64,000 bases of DNA from Girardia tigrina. Its lineage: Eukaryota. Of the stretch, positions 51,152-64,000 are shown piece by piece; positions within the stretch are counted from its first letter, which is position 1; each line of letters starts with the position of its first letter. The stretch lies in NCBI GenBank assembly GCA_001938485.1, contig MQRK01185281.1, forward strand, positions 1,691 to 65,690, written 5' to 3'. A program made the position numbers and the translations under genes. The notes under the pieces were generated by a model, which made no database searches, was not told the origin of the DNA, and worked only from the letters and a program-made list of their open reading frames with translations.

Positions 51152-54100
51152 TGTACAAATTTTGTTTGTAATAAGAAGTAACATCATTAAATTTATTTGC
51201 ATTGAGAATATTTTATCATATTTCGATTTAGAAAGCTTAAATGACTCCCGAGAAGGGTTTATCATTGAGTTATATCCGGATTAATGGACTTCCGGTCAAC
51301 CATAAATCAAGAATAATTTGATCTGAGATTATGAAACAAATAATCCCAGAAAGAAGGGGAGAAAATTTCTCTTGTAGGAACGCCCGCCCATCTGCGTCAT
51401 TACACTGTTGAAACATTCTTCTCCTTCCTCTCAAGGTTATCAAAAATGATTTGTTTCAATTGAGATCAAACAGCGCCTTATAAATGTTGAAGAGAATAAT
51501 TTAAGAGAATGTATTTATTGTTGAATATTCTGTCGTATTCCGTTAGACAGATAATTGACAATCATTAGTCGTGGCAGTCTTCTAAGGCCCAGTGGAAGGG
51601 GGGGTAGGGCGGGTTGGCGGGGGTCGGGAGAGAGCGGTTTATTTCCGCTAAGGTCGGTGTACCGAGCAGAAAAACAAAATTCATATCTCATTTTTTCTAC
51701 ACAATTATTTCAGTAATTTGTAATGATATTTTAATAATTAATTAATTGTCATAGGAAAATTAATCAAAAGAAAATAATTATTTCTTTATTAATTTTTCAT
51801 ACATAAAAATAATATAATTATTTTTCAAATTTTACTCAATTTCTATTAGAAATTCTCATTCTCAGCGCATTCCTGTTCGTTCTCCAAGTCCGCGGATATG
51901 TGTGGCAATCATTCTGCAAGGTGACCCCCTCAATCTGGGGCTCCTGGCTCTATTTTCAAACTAATTTGTTAAATTGATCACCCCCCAGTACATAAATTAC
52001 TGATTTATAAATTGTTTTAAGAGAGTATAGAAAATAAAATACAGATACATATGGAGAACCAAGTTCCAAGATCTGAATACAATCTTCTTCTGTCTCTTCC
52101 TTCGCTACTTTTTAACTTCTATCACAATGTTTCCTTAAATATAAGCTCGATTCGTGAAGTGGAATTTTATTAAATATTTAAAATGATAAGAGACACTATT
52201 AAGTCTATGAGTGAAAGGTCGAAGAACCTTTATTGAACAAGTTAGGAACAAGTTAGCAAAGATCGATCCACGTCTCCAGTTTGAGTCCACACCAACTCAA
52301 GGGCACTGAAATCCTCTTCCGTTAGGTTCAAAGAAGGTCTAAAAATTATAGATGTCAAATCGTTATCATTCGAATCTCAGAGGGTTTAGAATGAGAATAT
52401 TTCCTTATCAAAAGAATCCAAATGTATCAAATCATGAAAAATCATTCAATGAGAAAGACTTACAAATTCTCCACAATTTCAACTTGTCATTCGACCCCCC
52501 TAGCTTATACCCTAGATTATACCCTGAAAATGAAGACACAGGTATAATCTTAAGTACAAGCCTAAGTCTTTGACAAATGACTCGAGCAATAATCTTAGAT
52601 CCAAAGAGTCAACAAGTCGAGGGCAATGTTTATAAAATTTAATTTTTGAATAAAAAAATTGAAATTTCTCATGGAAAAGACCTTCACGGCGATGAGATGC
52701 TTCATCAAGGAATCCTTCCATAGCAAAGATATGTAAAGGATGTCCTACTCTTGAAATATCCTCCATCTGATTCTTTAATTCATTGATGCATTTGTAAGAA
52801 CCCTTTGCTCAACAGTAGAGACGAAGCAACAATGAGAAGCAACTGCTGGCACCGTGACCGGATCAGACGGCTCTCAACCGTAAAACGAGTCTTTACTGCG
52901 TAACCTATACTGAAGTGTCCGCGAAAGATATTAATCTCATCATTGCATAACCTCGAAGATTATCTATGACAATTTGCGAACGCGGTTACGCAATCCGCAC
53001 GTCGTAATCCGTTAGTTAACATTAATTTGTTCTCTTTTATAAAAGATGATCGAGGGCGACTTGAATTCCTCACTCAATTAGTAAAGTTGTACCGACAGTG
53101 AAAAAGGAACTCAAAAATCAAAATAATCGACCCCACGTTTGCCAACAAGGTTTGAAAAAACAAAAATAAATTGTAGGCCCCCTACCGCCCCCTCCGATCC
53201 CCCCCTCTCGGAAGTCGCACCTATACCGTCCCGCCTGGCGGAGGGCGCAAAATTAGTTCTTCTTAACCACAAGTTTATATTGACTTCATAAATGCCATTA
53301 GAGCAGTTGTAATGTGATAATAAAAAGTAATGGATGCTGGGTAAAGACTAATTGCAGTCGACGGTGACGGATATATCTAACCGGATGCTTGATGCCTGCC
53401 TCTATACAATGATCGCCTCTCCCTCTCCCATCCCTCGTTGTCCTGACGACGTACCTCAATCTACAGAATCTCAGCAGAATTCCCATACAAATACTCAACG
53501 AATTTGTTGTACTGATAAAATAATTAAATTTCACTATAATTTATTGAAATTATTATAATAATAAGAAGCCGTCGACGGTTGGTCGGACCGAGTCTCTGGG
53601 AAGTCTGGCTGAGGGGGGATTGCTGGGTTCTCTGACGCTTCTTTCGTAAAGATCCTCGGCTTTCTGTGCGTTTGAAAGACAACTCATTATGACGGAGACA
53701 GTTTTCGGGATTCTCCGGCTAATTTCGATCCCCAATAATACAGCAAAGACGTCCTAGAAACGAAGATTAAACAAATAATTACTAATTAATTCATTTGGGA
53801 AAGAAAATCTCATTTCTTTCTCTAGAGTTAATTAAAACGGGCGTCGATAAAAATAGATTCTTGCTTGACAAAGAGTCGCGCGACAGCGATGTTCCTGCCG
53901 CCGGATTCAGCCGAAGAAAGCAGTTTGGTAAGTGCTCCTTATACGTGTTAATATCGCTAGGAGAAGCCAGAAATTTCGTACAATCAGCACGATCTTGTTG
54001 TCGTCTCGCATTCATATGCAAATTCTGCTCCTCAGTTCTTTTAATACCGACGATTTCTGTTTTCTTTTGTCCCATCGAGCAGCTAGCCGAGAACAATAGG

Positions 54101-57100
54101 CCATCATCAATTATGCCATACAGCCCATCGGATTTGTTGACTGAGGGAATTCCATCAATTAATTAATCAATTGAAATGAGGAATTTTAATTTCTTGTCCT
54201 CTGATGCGTTTGGGGTTGACTACAGAAATCGGATATTACTTTTCTTGCTGACTGACTCTCAGATTCCTCCACTTATTCACCCCGTTCTTTTGTCAAGACC
54301 TCCCTCCTTCAACCGCCTAGCCGACACAATACCCACTCGACCACTTCAATCTTTGACCGCTCACTCAACCTTGCCTAATTGATCTCGCTCCATTGACTAT
54401 TCTTCGCTTTCACTCGCGTTGTCTCCGTTCCGGTCGATCCGCATCGCTGGAACAAATCGCCGGTTCTATCAAAATATAAACTTCATACGTCACTGGACAC
54501 AATAGAACAATATTTGATTAAAAAGTAATAAAGTCGATCAGCGCAGTCACAAATGTATCAGTTTATGCATTTATATCGGTCACGACCATTATCAAATGTG
54601 TATAAATGTATAAAACTAATACTCAATGAGTTGCGTTTTCGTTGCGTCAAAGTCCGACAAACGTCATCAAAATAATAAATTATCAATGAAACGATTGACT
54701 TGTTTATATATGAAATCGTCTCGCGTGTTCGCCGTGTTCGCCGAGTGCTGCACACCGGTGACGTAATCTCGCCATCGATTAGTAACCGATTTATTTGCGA
54801 GATTCTGCACCATCATCGACTGCGGTGTGTTCGCGTCATCGAATATTTGCGTATTCGTGTGCACACGCGTTCGCGGATTAATGATGAATCGAGGAGTGAT
54901 TGTGTCAACTGATTGCACTGTGCTGTCGGTGCACGATTGTTGTCCGAGAGTCTGTGAGTCACCGGCGGAATCTGTCGAAGATTCGCTCTTCCGGATGTGA
55001 TGACGACGACATTCATTATCACGTTTACTATTTGTTGTCCGGTTATTGCGGTCTTCAAACACAGCGAATTCTCGTTCTGATGCTGGTTCTCGAAGACACC
55101 GTAAATTGTCTCATCTTAAGGGGGTGGTTACTATTTTACGTATGGGATTCAGGGGGACGAGCAAACATTAGAATTGTTAGAGCTTCTAATGGCGACCAGG
55201 GGGTTACTCTTTTGTCCGTGAACTAAATCCACGGTGATTCTGTTCTCTTTCTCCTAATCTGTCTTCTTAATATATTTATCTATTTTATTTTTATCTGTAC
55301 AAAATTCATATGGAACCGCTCTCTCGACTCATCAATAATTAATTTGGAAAACTCATCGATGTTTGAGCACGGACAAATCAGTCTCGCTCTCTCGGGACAA
55401 ATTTGTCTTTTTTCTGACTTTGCCAAATGAAAAGAAAATAATTTTCTTTAAACTTAAGATCAAACAAACCAGGAAACGTTTCCCCCCTCGAAAATTAAAT
55501 GAATTAAAGATGGAATTCTTCCTTGTCGAGGAGGTTGATGAACCATGCGAAAGGGGTCATGAAGAGGCAGCTTATTCACCCCTCTTTCTACGGAAGTAAC
55601 TTTGATCTTCTCTTTCTTTCGCTGAAACTTTTGATTTAAAAGGGACTTAAACGACCCTCACTACCTGGAAGTTTGCAACGAGAAGAGTAGTTGTAGCCCT
55701 AAGTACCAGAGATGAGTTCTCTCGTTCAAATCTTCCAAGAAATAGTGTTCGGGGTCGATTGAAATATCGCCTATATTCCGTGAATGCATTTGCGTGACGG
55801 ATTGAAGAAAATGTAGAAATTATTCAAAATCGTTTCAAAAAAACAAAGATTGCTTGAGTAGATTGAGGAGAATGAGCTTGCACGAGACTCATTAAATATT
55901 TATGGGTCGAATCGTTTGTTTATTTTCATTCTTTTGTTGGGGAGCACTGACGAAAGAGTGTTGTTTCTATCGCGCTAGGCGGCCGTAACTAATGCTTATC
56001 GATTCTGGGTTGACGGGGTTCCCTTTCTTGGAGTGTCATTGTTCCCTAAGCAAAGTCACAGGGGGAGGATTCACATATAAATATTATAAATACTTAAAAA
56101 ATTGATAAAGTAGGAAAAGACAGAGCAGTCGACACACGAAAGATTTTCTAATTATGAGGCCCCGTAAAAGAGCAGGCCCCCTCATGAATGCCTTACCCCA
56201 ACAACGAGAGCCAGCAAAAATTTTATCGATTTAATTTTTGTTAATAATATTTTTCAAATCATTTTTAATATTTTTTAATTCAAAATGTTTTTATTCGATG
56301 ATAATTTTTTGTAATTTTTATTAATTTGCTAAAATTAACTTCGCGGCCAAACTTGTTCTGTGCGGTCTTTTCTACGCGTCTTTGGTTTCTGATGTCCCTG
56401 TCTTTTTTCCGACTTCTTTGCTTACGGCTCTTAATTTTGAGGGGGCACGAAAAGGGACCCACAAAACAGGTTTGGATTTAATATTTTAAGTGTCAACGTC
56501 GGAAATTGACAAATAAAAATAATAAAATAATAAAAATTAATGAAAATGATTTATTTTCCAAAGTTTGTTAAACTCTGAGAAATCTTTAAACCAAACATTT
56601 TACGTCTTTAATCAAACAAATGTTACACCTTCTAACTACCAGTGAGGTCTCACTTGACCCCAAGAAAACTTCGAGCAATTACATGATGCGACGGAAAAAT
56701 ACGGTGAACTTCCCTGTCTGAGATCAGGTGTGGGTAAAAAATGAGATAAGAAATGAAGGGAATGGCAGATATTAAGCACGATCCACCATCATAGGAAGGG
56801 TTCATGAGAGAGTTATAAACTCGAGAAAAAAGACATAAAAGAAAAGTGAGAAATGTCGAAAATTTAAAAAATTTTACAGAAAAGGGCCAATGTTTGGAAT
56901 TCAGAAATGTTTTTTAAATTTTGTGAAAGAATGTAAAATTAAATACACCAATTAAAATGTAGAAGACTTATAAAATATAAAACTATTTGATGATTGTAAA
57001 AGAAATTTTACAATTAATAAAATTTAATGAAACTATTAAATGATTGTTGATGTTCGTATAAAATTATGAGATGTGATTAAAGGTAATTAATAGAGAATGT

Positions 57101-58189
57101 TGATAAAGATTTTTAAATTTATCAAATTTCACGAAATGATTAAATATTTGATAATGTTAAAGTAACTTAAAATCGATAAAACTTATGAAAGGTAAAATGT
57201 CGGATCTCACAACTCATGCAACTGGAGCTGTGTAGTGCCTCTTGCTGACACGGCACAGTGTGACTGCTGTAGAACCGTTTGTCACTAAGCACTAACAGTT
57301 ACACTTTTGAACGAATATATTAAACCAAAAAGTTGTATTGGGGTCGCTAGCGATCGAACTGGTAGTTAAAATTTTAAAATTCCAACTTAATTTATCAAAT
57401 AAATGATTTAATGTTTATTTTTGTGCTTCTCGATTTATAATAAAAATGATAAGACAAATAATAATTACCCAAATCGATGGAGTTACATTGACTTCTTCTT
57501 TCTTTTTCCCTTCCAAAATCGATCTTCAGAGAGACGGATAACAATGGAGCCAAATGTATTGGGGCCAATAAACATCGGGTTGAATAAGACAAAAATCCCC
57601 CAGCAAAAAAAGCGGATCAATGTTAATTGCGGCACATCAATGCTTCGCAAAAAAAACATTTGCGAAGAAATACTAATGGGCAGAAAGAATTTCCTACAGA
57701 GGACATCTAAATAACTGGCAAAAATACCGTGATTGTCCAAAAATTTCCCCCATTAATAAAAGTTTCAATGCAAATCATGACATTGCTTGGAAGTACTTAT
57801 GCTGGCGAGCAATTATTTTTCGCAATGACAATTAATAAAAGCGACAGTAGATCAATGTCACACGAAATACGATTGTAATTTTGCGTCAAAGTGTCTTAGT
57901 CATCTATGACTGCGAAAATACCACCTGTTAAGAAACTACTTCCCCGCTTTGCATTAAAATTTACGTACTTTCCAATAGCTATAATCACGTTTTATTTCAT
58001 TGGCATTTTTATCTTTCTTCTTTCTTTTTGACCTTATCCGTGGGTACACCCCAATATACACAAGCTTTCGTCATATCTCTTTATTTGTAGCCTATTTTCT
58101 CAGACATTCCATGTTCAATCCACTCCATTCTTTTAAATTGTCTTCCATTGTTTCTTTGGAACTTCAGCGTCCTCCTCTTGATGGTCTCT

Positions 58190-58621
58190 ATTAGCAACAT
58201 CACAATTTGCGTGTAAACATTTATTAAGAACACAAACATTTTCACTAGCAATTTCATTCTTGATTAATATGTTTTGTACCTATATTCAAATCTTTAAATT
58301 AATTAATGGGACAAAATTAATATTAACTTGTAATTTTCCAAAATTTTATGGGATAAAAATTCGTTAAGTAATTTTAAAAATAAAAATCAGTTCTGAAAAT
58401 ATATTACATTTAATAAGTTAAAATCATTTACTGAAAATATTATTAAAATTCATAATTATCAAACTTTAATTAATTAGTACTTTAATTTAATATCATTAAA
58501 TTAATTTCATTGGATTCAAATAATCAATCAATAAACATATCAATCCCATCTGAGTAGGAGAGTCACAAATCTAAACAGTATACAAACAACAAATTTACAA
58601 CATTCCAAATTATCCATCACA
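58190..58621 (-). repeat. TG-terminal dispersed repeat, copy E
   Basis: Minus strand starts TGTGATGGATAATTTGG and contains CTCTCCTACTCAGATGG. Confidence 0.7.
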
Positions 58622-59311
58622 ATCTTTTCTATTGTTCCCAGTCTTTTAGATAGTTTTATAGGGTCGTTATAACTATAATTTTGTTCACAAAGGAGGCATA
58701 AGTGTTTACAACCTGGTGATTAGATTATTGTGTTAAAATTTTAACATTTTTCATGCGTGCAACCCGCTCAAAATTTTCAAGTTGTCCTGGGCACGTAGTG
58801 AAAAGATTTATGCTCCCCGATTTACATGAGATTAAAGATAAACAGATAATTTTTATGTTAAAAATTCAAAAATTAATAAAAATCGAATTAATTATTAATT
58901 TTTTAAAGTAGTAAGAAAAGTTGAATTCGTCAACAGTCGAATTTTTCATCGGGGAAAATTTTTAATAAATTATTTTTCCATAATTAAATTAAATTAATTA
59001 TTTATTTGGTTGAGAGAATTCACAAATTTTCGAAAATTCAAATTTATTTAATTTAGAGAAAAATATTTTCGGATTTTTCATAATTTTAAAATAAATTATT
59101 TCCAAAAAAACATGTCTTTTTTGTCTTCTGTTTCTTTTAAGTTTTCTTCTTTTTTTGTCTTTTTCTTTTTTTCTTTGTGAATAAATAATTAAAATTTTGA
59201 ATATTGATTTTTAGACGTTTTTTCTTGTTATTTTTTTAATTAAAAATAAAAAAAGCCTAATAACAGCCTACCGCTATATAAAAGGGACTTAAATCTGAAA
59301 TTTCAATTAGT

Positions 59312-59346
59312 CAACTGAAGATGCCAATATGGCGAAACTAGTATTG
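59312..59346 (+). ncRNA. Apparently intact minimal type-I hammerhead ribozyme
   Basis: CAA-CTGAAGA-T-GCCA ATA TGGC-GAAA-CTAG-TA^TTG: 3-bp stem I, 4-bp stem II, palindromic ACTAGT stem III, GUA cleavage triplet. Confidence 0.8.
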
Positions 59347-59425
59347 CAAAATAAAAATAAATGTTTGGAAAAATGGCTATTTTTTTGTTTTATTAATCCG
59401 ATTGCCATTGGAATTAATTGAAAAG

Positions 59426-59455
59426 TATATGTATATATATATATATATATATATA
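59426..59455. repeat. (TA)n microsatellite (another at ~29930-29962)
   Basis: Direct reading. Confidence 0.95.
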
Positions 59456-61470
59456 AAGTAAGCTAATAAAACAAATGGAAAAAAAGCAAAAAGTAGTTGA
59501 TGAAAAGCCCCGACTCATCGACTATCTCATCCGTGTATGCTAACACATTAATCTTGCTCGACCGGTGCAGCAAGTATTACGTGGCTTTTGGCAAAAAAAG
59601 TAATTTTGAAAGATCGCTGATAACGTTTTTCTTAGAATTTTCTTCTTACGAAAAATGATAAATCATATACAAATGTTAGGGAACATGTTTGGAAAGCCTG
59701 TCTAAATGAAACAGCTCCTCGACCGAAGATGCGACTGAAGATGACCTTGGTCAAAGGTGCAATGGAAAACATCTCGATCAGAGCTGCTACACAAATTATA
59801 TCGTTGCGGTCATTAAATGAGTTATAACTCTCCAATATATTGAGAAGATCAATTAACAAGTAAATAATTAAGGATCAACAAACTTCATGATCCTCAAGTT
59901 GTGAAAGAAGGAGAATCTTTCATTGATAATTTACTGCATCTTTCAAAGAACTGAAAACTTTTACCATTACATATCTTCTTTTCTTGTATATTAATTCATT
60001 TAAATTAAAGGTGTAATCATCTTACTTTTGTTTAATCATGTTTTTAACTTGTGTTAAAAACGAGTATTGGTTGATGTAGATAAACTAATTATAAAAGGGG
60101 TCGAATAATATAAATATAATGTAAAAAGTTTAATTTAAAAAATAATAAATAACAAATATAATTACAAGATAACAAATAAAGAAGAACCTCACAAGATTGG
60201 AGCAAACAAGAAGATAGATTTTTATAATGAATCAAATATCTTACGTCATGCGATTTGGGCGGTGGGGTAAAACTGATCGGCGATACCAGGAAGAAGGACG
60301 ACAAAAATAATAATTATCGATACGAATGTTTCAACGAATCTCTCGGAAACGATCTCCTGAGAAGTGTTAAATTTTCGTTTAACGAATTTATCTGAAAAAA
60401 ATAATTTCAATTGTCCCTTCACTGGTTGTTAAAAGTTCACTGCAACAGCCAAAGCAATGCTAAATCATGGAACATCCGTACATGGTTGGTCGTTTTTTAC
60501 TGTGGGTACGAAGAGATATCGCAAGCAGAAAGCTGACAACTTCGTGGGAGGCCTATCGGGGGCTGCAAGTGTTTTTTAATTGGGATGGACCCTCTAAAGA
60601 GCCTATGGCTCAGTACCATTGAAAGTAATGGGAGACCCACGTCATTCACCTAGTAATAAAGTTCTTTATCAGTTAATCAGCTCATAATATAGAAACTGTC
60701 TGCACGCAATCATTATAATCGATCTAGGAATATTAACCGAAAGAATTTTTCTGTCCTTTTTTATAATTCTACGACCTCCGGATACAGAAGTGTGACCTGA
60801 AATAAATTAAGAATAACAAGCGCTCGGATAAGGAGCGTATTGATTAGCTTACCTTGATTTTTTACCGAACGAGAAATCGAAGCTCGTTTCAATAATATGA
60901 AGTCACAGAGAAAAGTTTGTCTGAAGAGACAATATTATAGTATTAATTCTTTTAATTTTAAAATTTATAACTGATAAATCATTCGTGGCAACATCGTTCA
61001 TCAATAGCGCCATAAATAATTCAAAAAATTAAATTAATGATAATGATAAATCAAAATTATAATAATTTTAATAATTTGTTTCTTCCTTCTGAATCCATCC
61101 TACAGGAGACGGTCGCTGAAATCATGACCTCCCAGTAGGCACTGGAAAAGAGAGAAGAAAACATAAAAATAATATAAAATAATAATCCCTTTTACAAAAA
61201 ATAATAAATGTTAAAATATACAAAAATATATAACATACATATGGGCTAATATACCGTATTCATTGTTGTTATATTTCGTTAAATAAACAGAAAATCAGAT
61301 ACTTATATTTTGTTTGCTCTTATATGTTTATATTTGGAAAAAACGATGACTTTTGATGCATGTATATTTTGTTTGTCTTCGTTTGTTGTTTACTTAGGAA
61401 AGACAAACAAAATGTCTCGAGACTGAAAAAAAGAATCTCAAATGAGAGAAATCAAGTTGAAGAAAGTTTG

Positions 61471-61990
61471 ACTGAGGAATATTTTAAATTGTTTGAATGT
61501 GTGAATGTATGGATGATGCATGTTGATTTGAGTACGTTGAAATTAGAATGGTGATTCTCCCACCCAGATGGAAATTGGTATTTATTGTATTGAAAGTGAT
61601 CGACTATTCGAACATAATTAAAATAATCATTTGATAAGTTCATATTTTTAAGATTAAAAATCAAAATTAAGTTTGATATTAAAAAAAACAAAATCATTTA
61701 ATTAGATTTAAATTAAATTCATTTTTATAATTTTATAATTTTTTTATTATTTTGAGTTTTTATTGAGAAATGGTTAAAATTTATTATTTTTAATTAAAGT
61801 TCTTATGAAGTAAATATTTTAAAAAGAATTAGAAAAATTGTTCGAATAATCATGATTAAAAATAGAAATTAAAAAAGCTAATTTGAGCGATGTCCAACAG
61901 TGAAAGATCTTGCGAAAGTTGTAATGACTCCAAATGTGATAATAATAAAGATGCTAATGAAAATTGTCTTAATCTTCTTAACATTGACAA
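61471..61990 (+). repeat. TG-terminal dispersed repeat, copy F (close relative of copy C)
   Basis: TGAGGAATATTTTAAATTG start, CTCCCACCCAGATGG box, MSNSERSCESC ORF start ~61890. Confidence 0.85.
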
Positions 61991-62654
61991 TAATTTTACG
62001 ACAAATCTCTGACTACCGACAATGGTGACAAGATTTCGGACAGCAAGTCTTATGAATTGAAAAGACACTCTTCTTGGCGATTATCATTGTTATTGTGAGG
62101 TCCAGGAATACATTCTCATGATAAATCAGGTAAAGACATTTTTGACACTTTTATTTAATAATTTTACTACTCTAAATTAATTTCTTTGTTTTTAAATTTA
62201 TTTAATTTAAAAATTTCAATACTTTAAATTTTATCCAAACATTTCTTTTTAAATATTATTAATATTGTAACTTTATACCACATTTTATCGGCTTCACTTT
62301 TTTTACAATAAATTTCTATTTTTTACTTTTATAATTTAATATTAATTGAAAATGTTTTATTTAATTCAAAAATTTAAAAGAATTTCTCAAATCTTCACAA
62401 TTATTATTATGATTATAATTATTATTTTTATAATATTAATAATAATAATAATTATTATAATTAATATATATTTAGGCACTCGACTTTCTATATCGATTTA
62501 TTATTTTTATAATTTTGATTACAAATCATTTTGTTTAGTTTTAAGCCATCATTTTTTTAAATTTTATTGTGATTTTTAGTATATTTTTCAATGTTACTCT
62601 CATTTACTGTCAATATTGACTTTTTGCGGTTTCTGATTAGGTTGAAGTCAGATA

Positions 62655-63303
62655 CGTGGTGCGTTCAATAAGTACCTGACCTATAATAAAACATAATAGA
62701 AAAATTTAGTTTTTATGTATGATTAAATAAATTTAAATGGGTTTTAATTTCAGTAATTGATTTGTTTTATCAAAAGCATTGAAATTTTTATGGTGACATT
62801 TTGAATTTTTGTTAGTGTGATGATTTCAGACGTAGAACATTGCAGTGTTATCAAGATCTTTGTGTTGCAGAAGAAGACGTGCAATGAAATCTATGATCTT
62901 TTGAAACACGTCACTAAGGTTTCTCCGAAAATGCGTTAGTGCACACAGTGTAACATTTCTCGGGTCACAATTGACGGTGCCTGACTAGTGCTTGTAGATT
63001 ATCCGCCGCACAAACCATATTTGGTACCAAGCGATTTTTTAAATAATCCTTTGAGAAGTATCCAATTTGGATCCATAGGTGGTTTAAAGGTTGCCCGGGA
63101 GGATTTCTTCCTCCGAACGCCGTCCAGAATTATTCAAAACGCTGTTTTCTGAGTTTATTATTCTTTGGTGGATGTGTGTCGAGTGAAATGGATATTGTGA
63201 TGAAAAATGATCCCTACTTACGTTAAGCTTGTTATGTTATAAAAGTGGTCCTTTATGCAATTCGTTTATTTAGTCAGGCCGAGTATTTATTGAGCGCACC
63301 ACG
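62655..63303 (+). mobile_element. Internally deleted non-autonomous mariner
   Basis: TIRs CGTGGTGCGTTCAATAAGTAC / GTATTTATTGAGCGCACCACG; remnants HCSVIKIFV and YPPHKPYLVPSDF. Confidence 0.85.
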
Positions 63304-64000
63304 TCTACTCTAACTTCTATTTATATTTCATTTCAAAATAAAATATATTTTACGGTAAAATATAAAATCACAAGCCCAAATCAAAAATCTCAGATCTAAA
63401 TTATATTTCAAGTATAATTAAAATATAAAATACTAAATCGAAGTACAAAATCTAAAGCCAAAATAAAATCTGAATTTAAAATGAATACTAAATATTATTA
63501 TTAAATTCTATATTCATTTAACTCAATAATGTATGTTGTAAATATAATTCTTTATTATAATTTATAAAGTTAATATATTTCTAGATTTTCTTTTCAAATG
63601 CTAATGAGGATTGTCTCTATCCGTGAGGGATGTCGATTGTAACGATATCAGTTGAAATGAGCTTCTTTTTGAGCGGGCTTGGATGGCTTTGCAGTGATAC
63701 GAATTCAATTCCCAGAACACATTCTTCACGTCTCCCTCTTTACAACCCTCAAATAATTTATGCCACCCCTCATCAGATGCTCCAATGCGACTGCAAATAA
63801 ACTCCATTAACTTGAAATAACTTCAAATTTTTTCGATTGGGGCAACATTTGATCTCAAATTGCTCAAATGTCTTCTTGGAAATAGTTTTAAATTTTTATA
63901 TTGAAATGAAAATAATTTATTTCTGAATTTCAATTAATATTTGAGTACCCGAATGACGGTGAGTATTTCCATCTGATGCATCCATCGCGCCCATCGTCGT

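Noticed and set aside
52040-54170. Several 60-120 aa ORFs
   Set aside because: No motifs, overlapping on both strands, no consistent splice structure
62346-62579. Hydrophobic poly-Ile ORF
   Set aside because: (ATT/ATA)n low-complexity DNA
247-63303. Alternative genetic code to explain the many in-frame stops
   Set aside because: All three stop types and frameshifts occur in TE remnants, while the GPCR reads cleanly in the standard code; this is neutral decay

Overview
AT-rich invertebrate (metazoan) nuclear DNA with short GT-AG introns and two assembly gaps (19709-19953, 36011-36559); the species cannot be determined from sequence alone. The only clearly intact gene is a two-exon 5-HT2-like aminergic GPCR (47475-49015, +). 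The rest is mostly decayed transposons: Tc1/mariner (DD34D mariner, rosa-like, Tc1, pogo, IS630-like), hAT elements and MITEs with 8-bp TSDs, a piggyBac, a Gypsy-like gag-pro remnant and Penelope-like 3' ends carrying minimal hammerhead ribozymes. Embedded among them are broken host-gene copies: an intron-containing DNA polymerase nu (POLN) fragment that stops after motif A, and an SLC35F5 N-terminal exon with a stop codon. The most interesting unexplained structures are (i) a six-copy dispersed family with a sharp TG terminus and a conserved CC(T)ACNCAGATGG box, two copies of which bracket the POLN fragment, (ii) a compact cluster of orphan, partly spliced, decaying ORFs at 8.7-11.6 kb, (iii) several hammerhead ribozymes, one apparently intact, and (iv) a 21-bp minisatellite built from RFX X-box-like palindromes. 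All homology calls are by-eye motif recognition; no searches were run.
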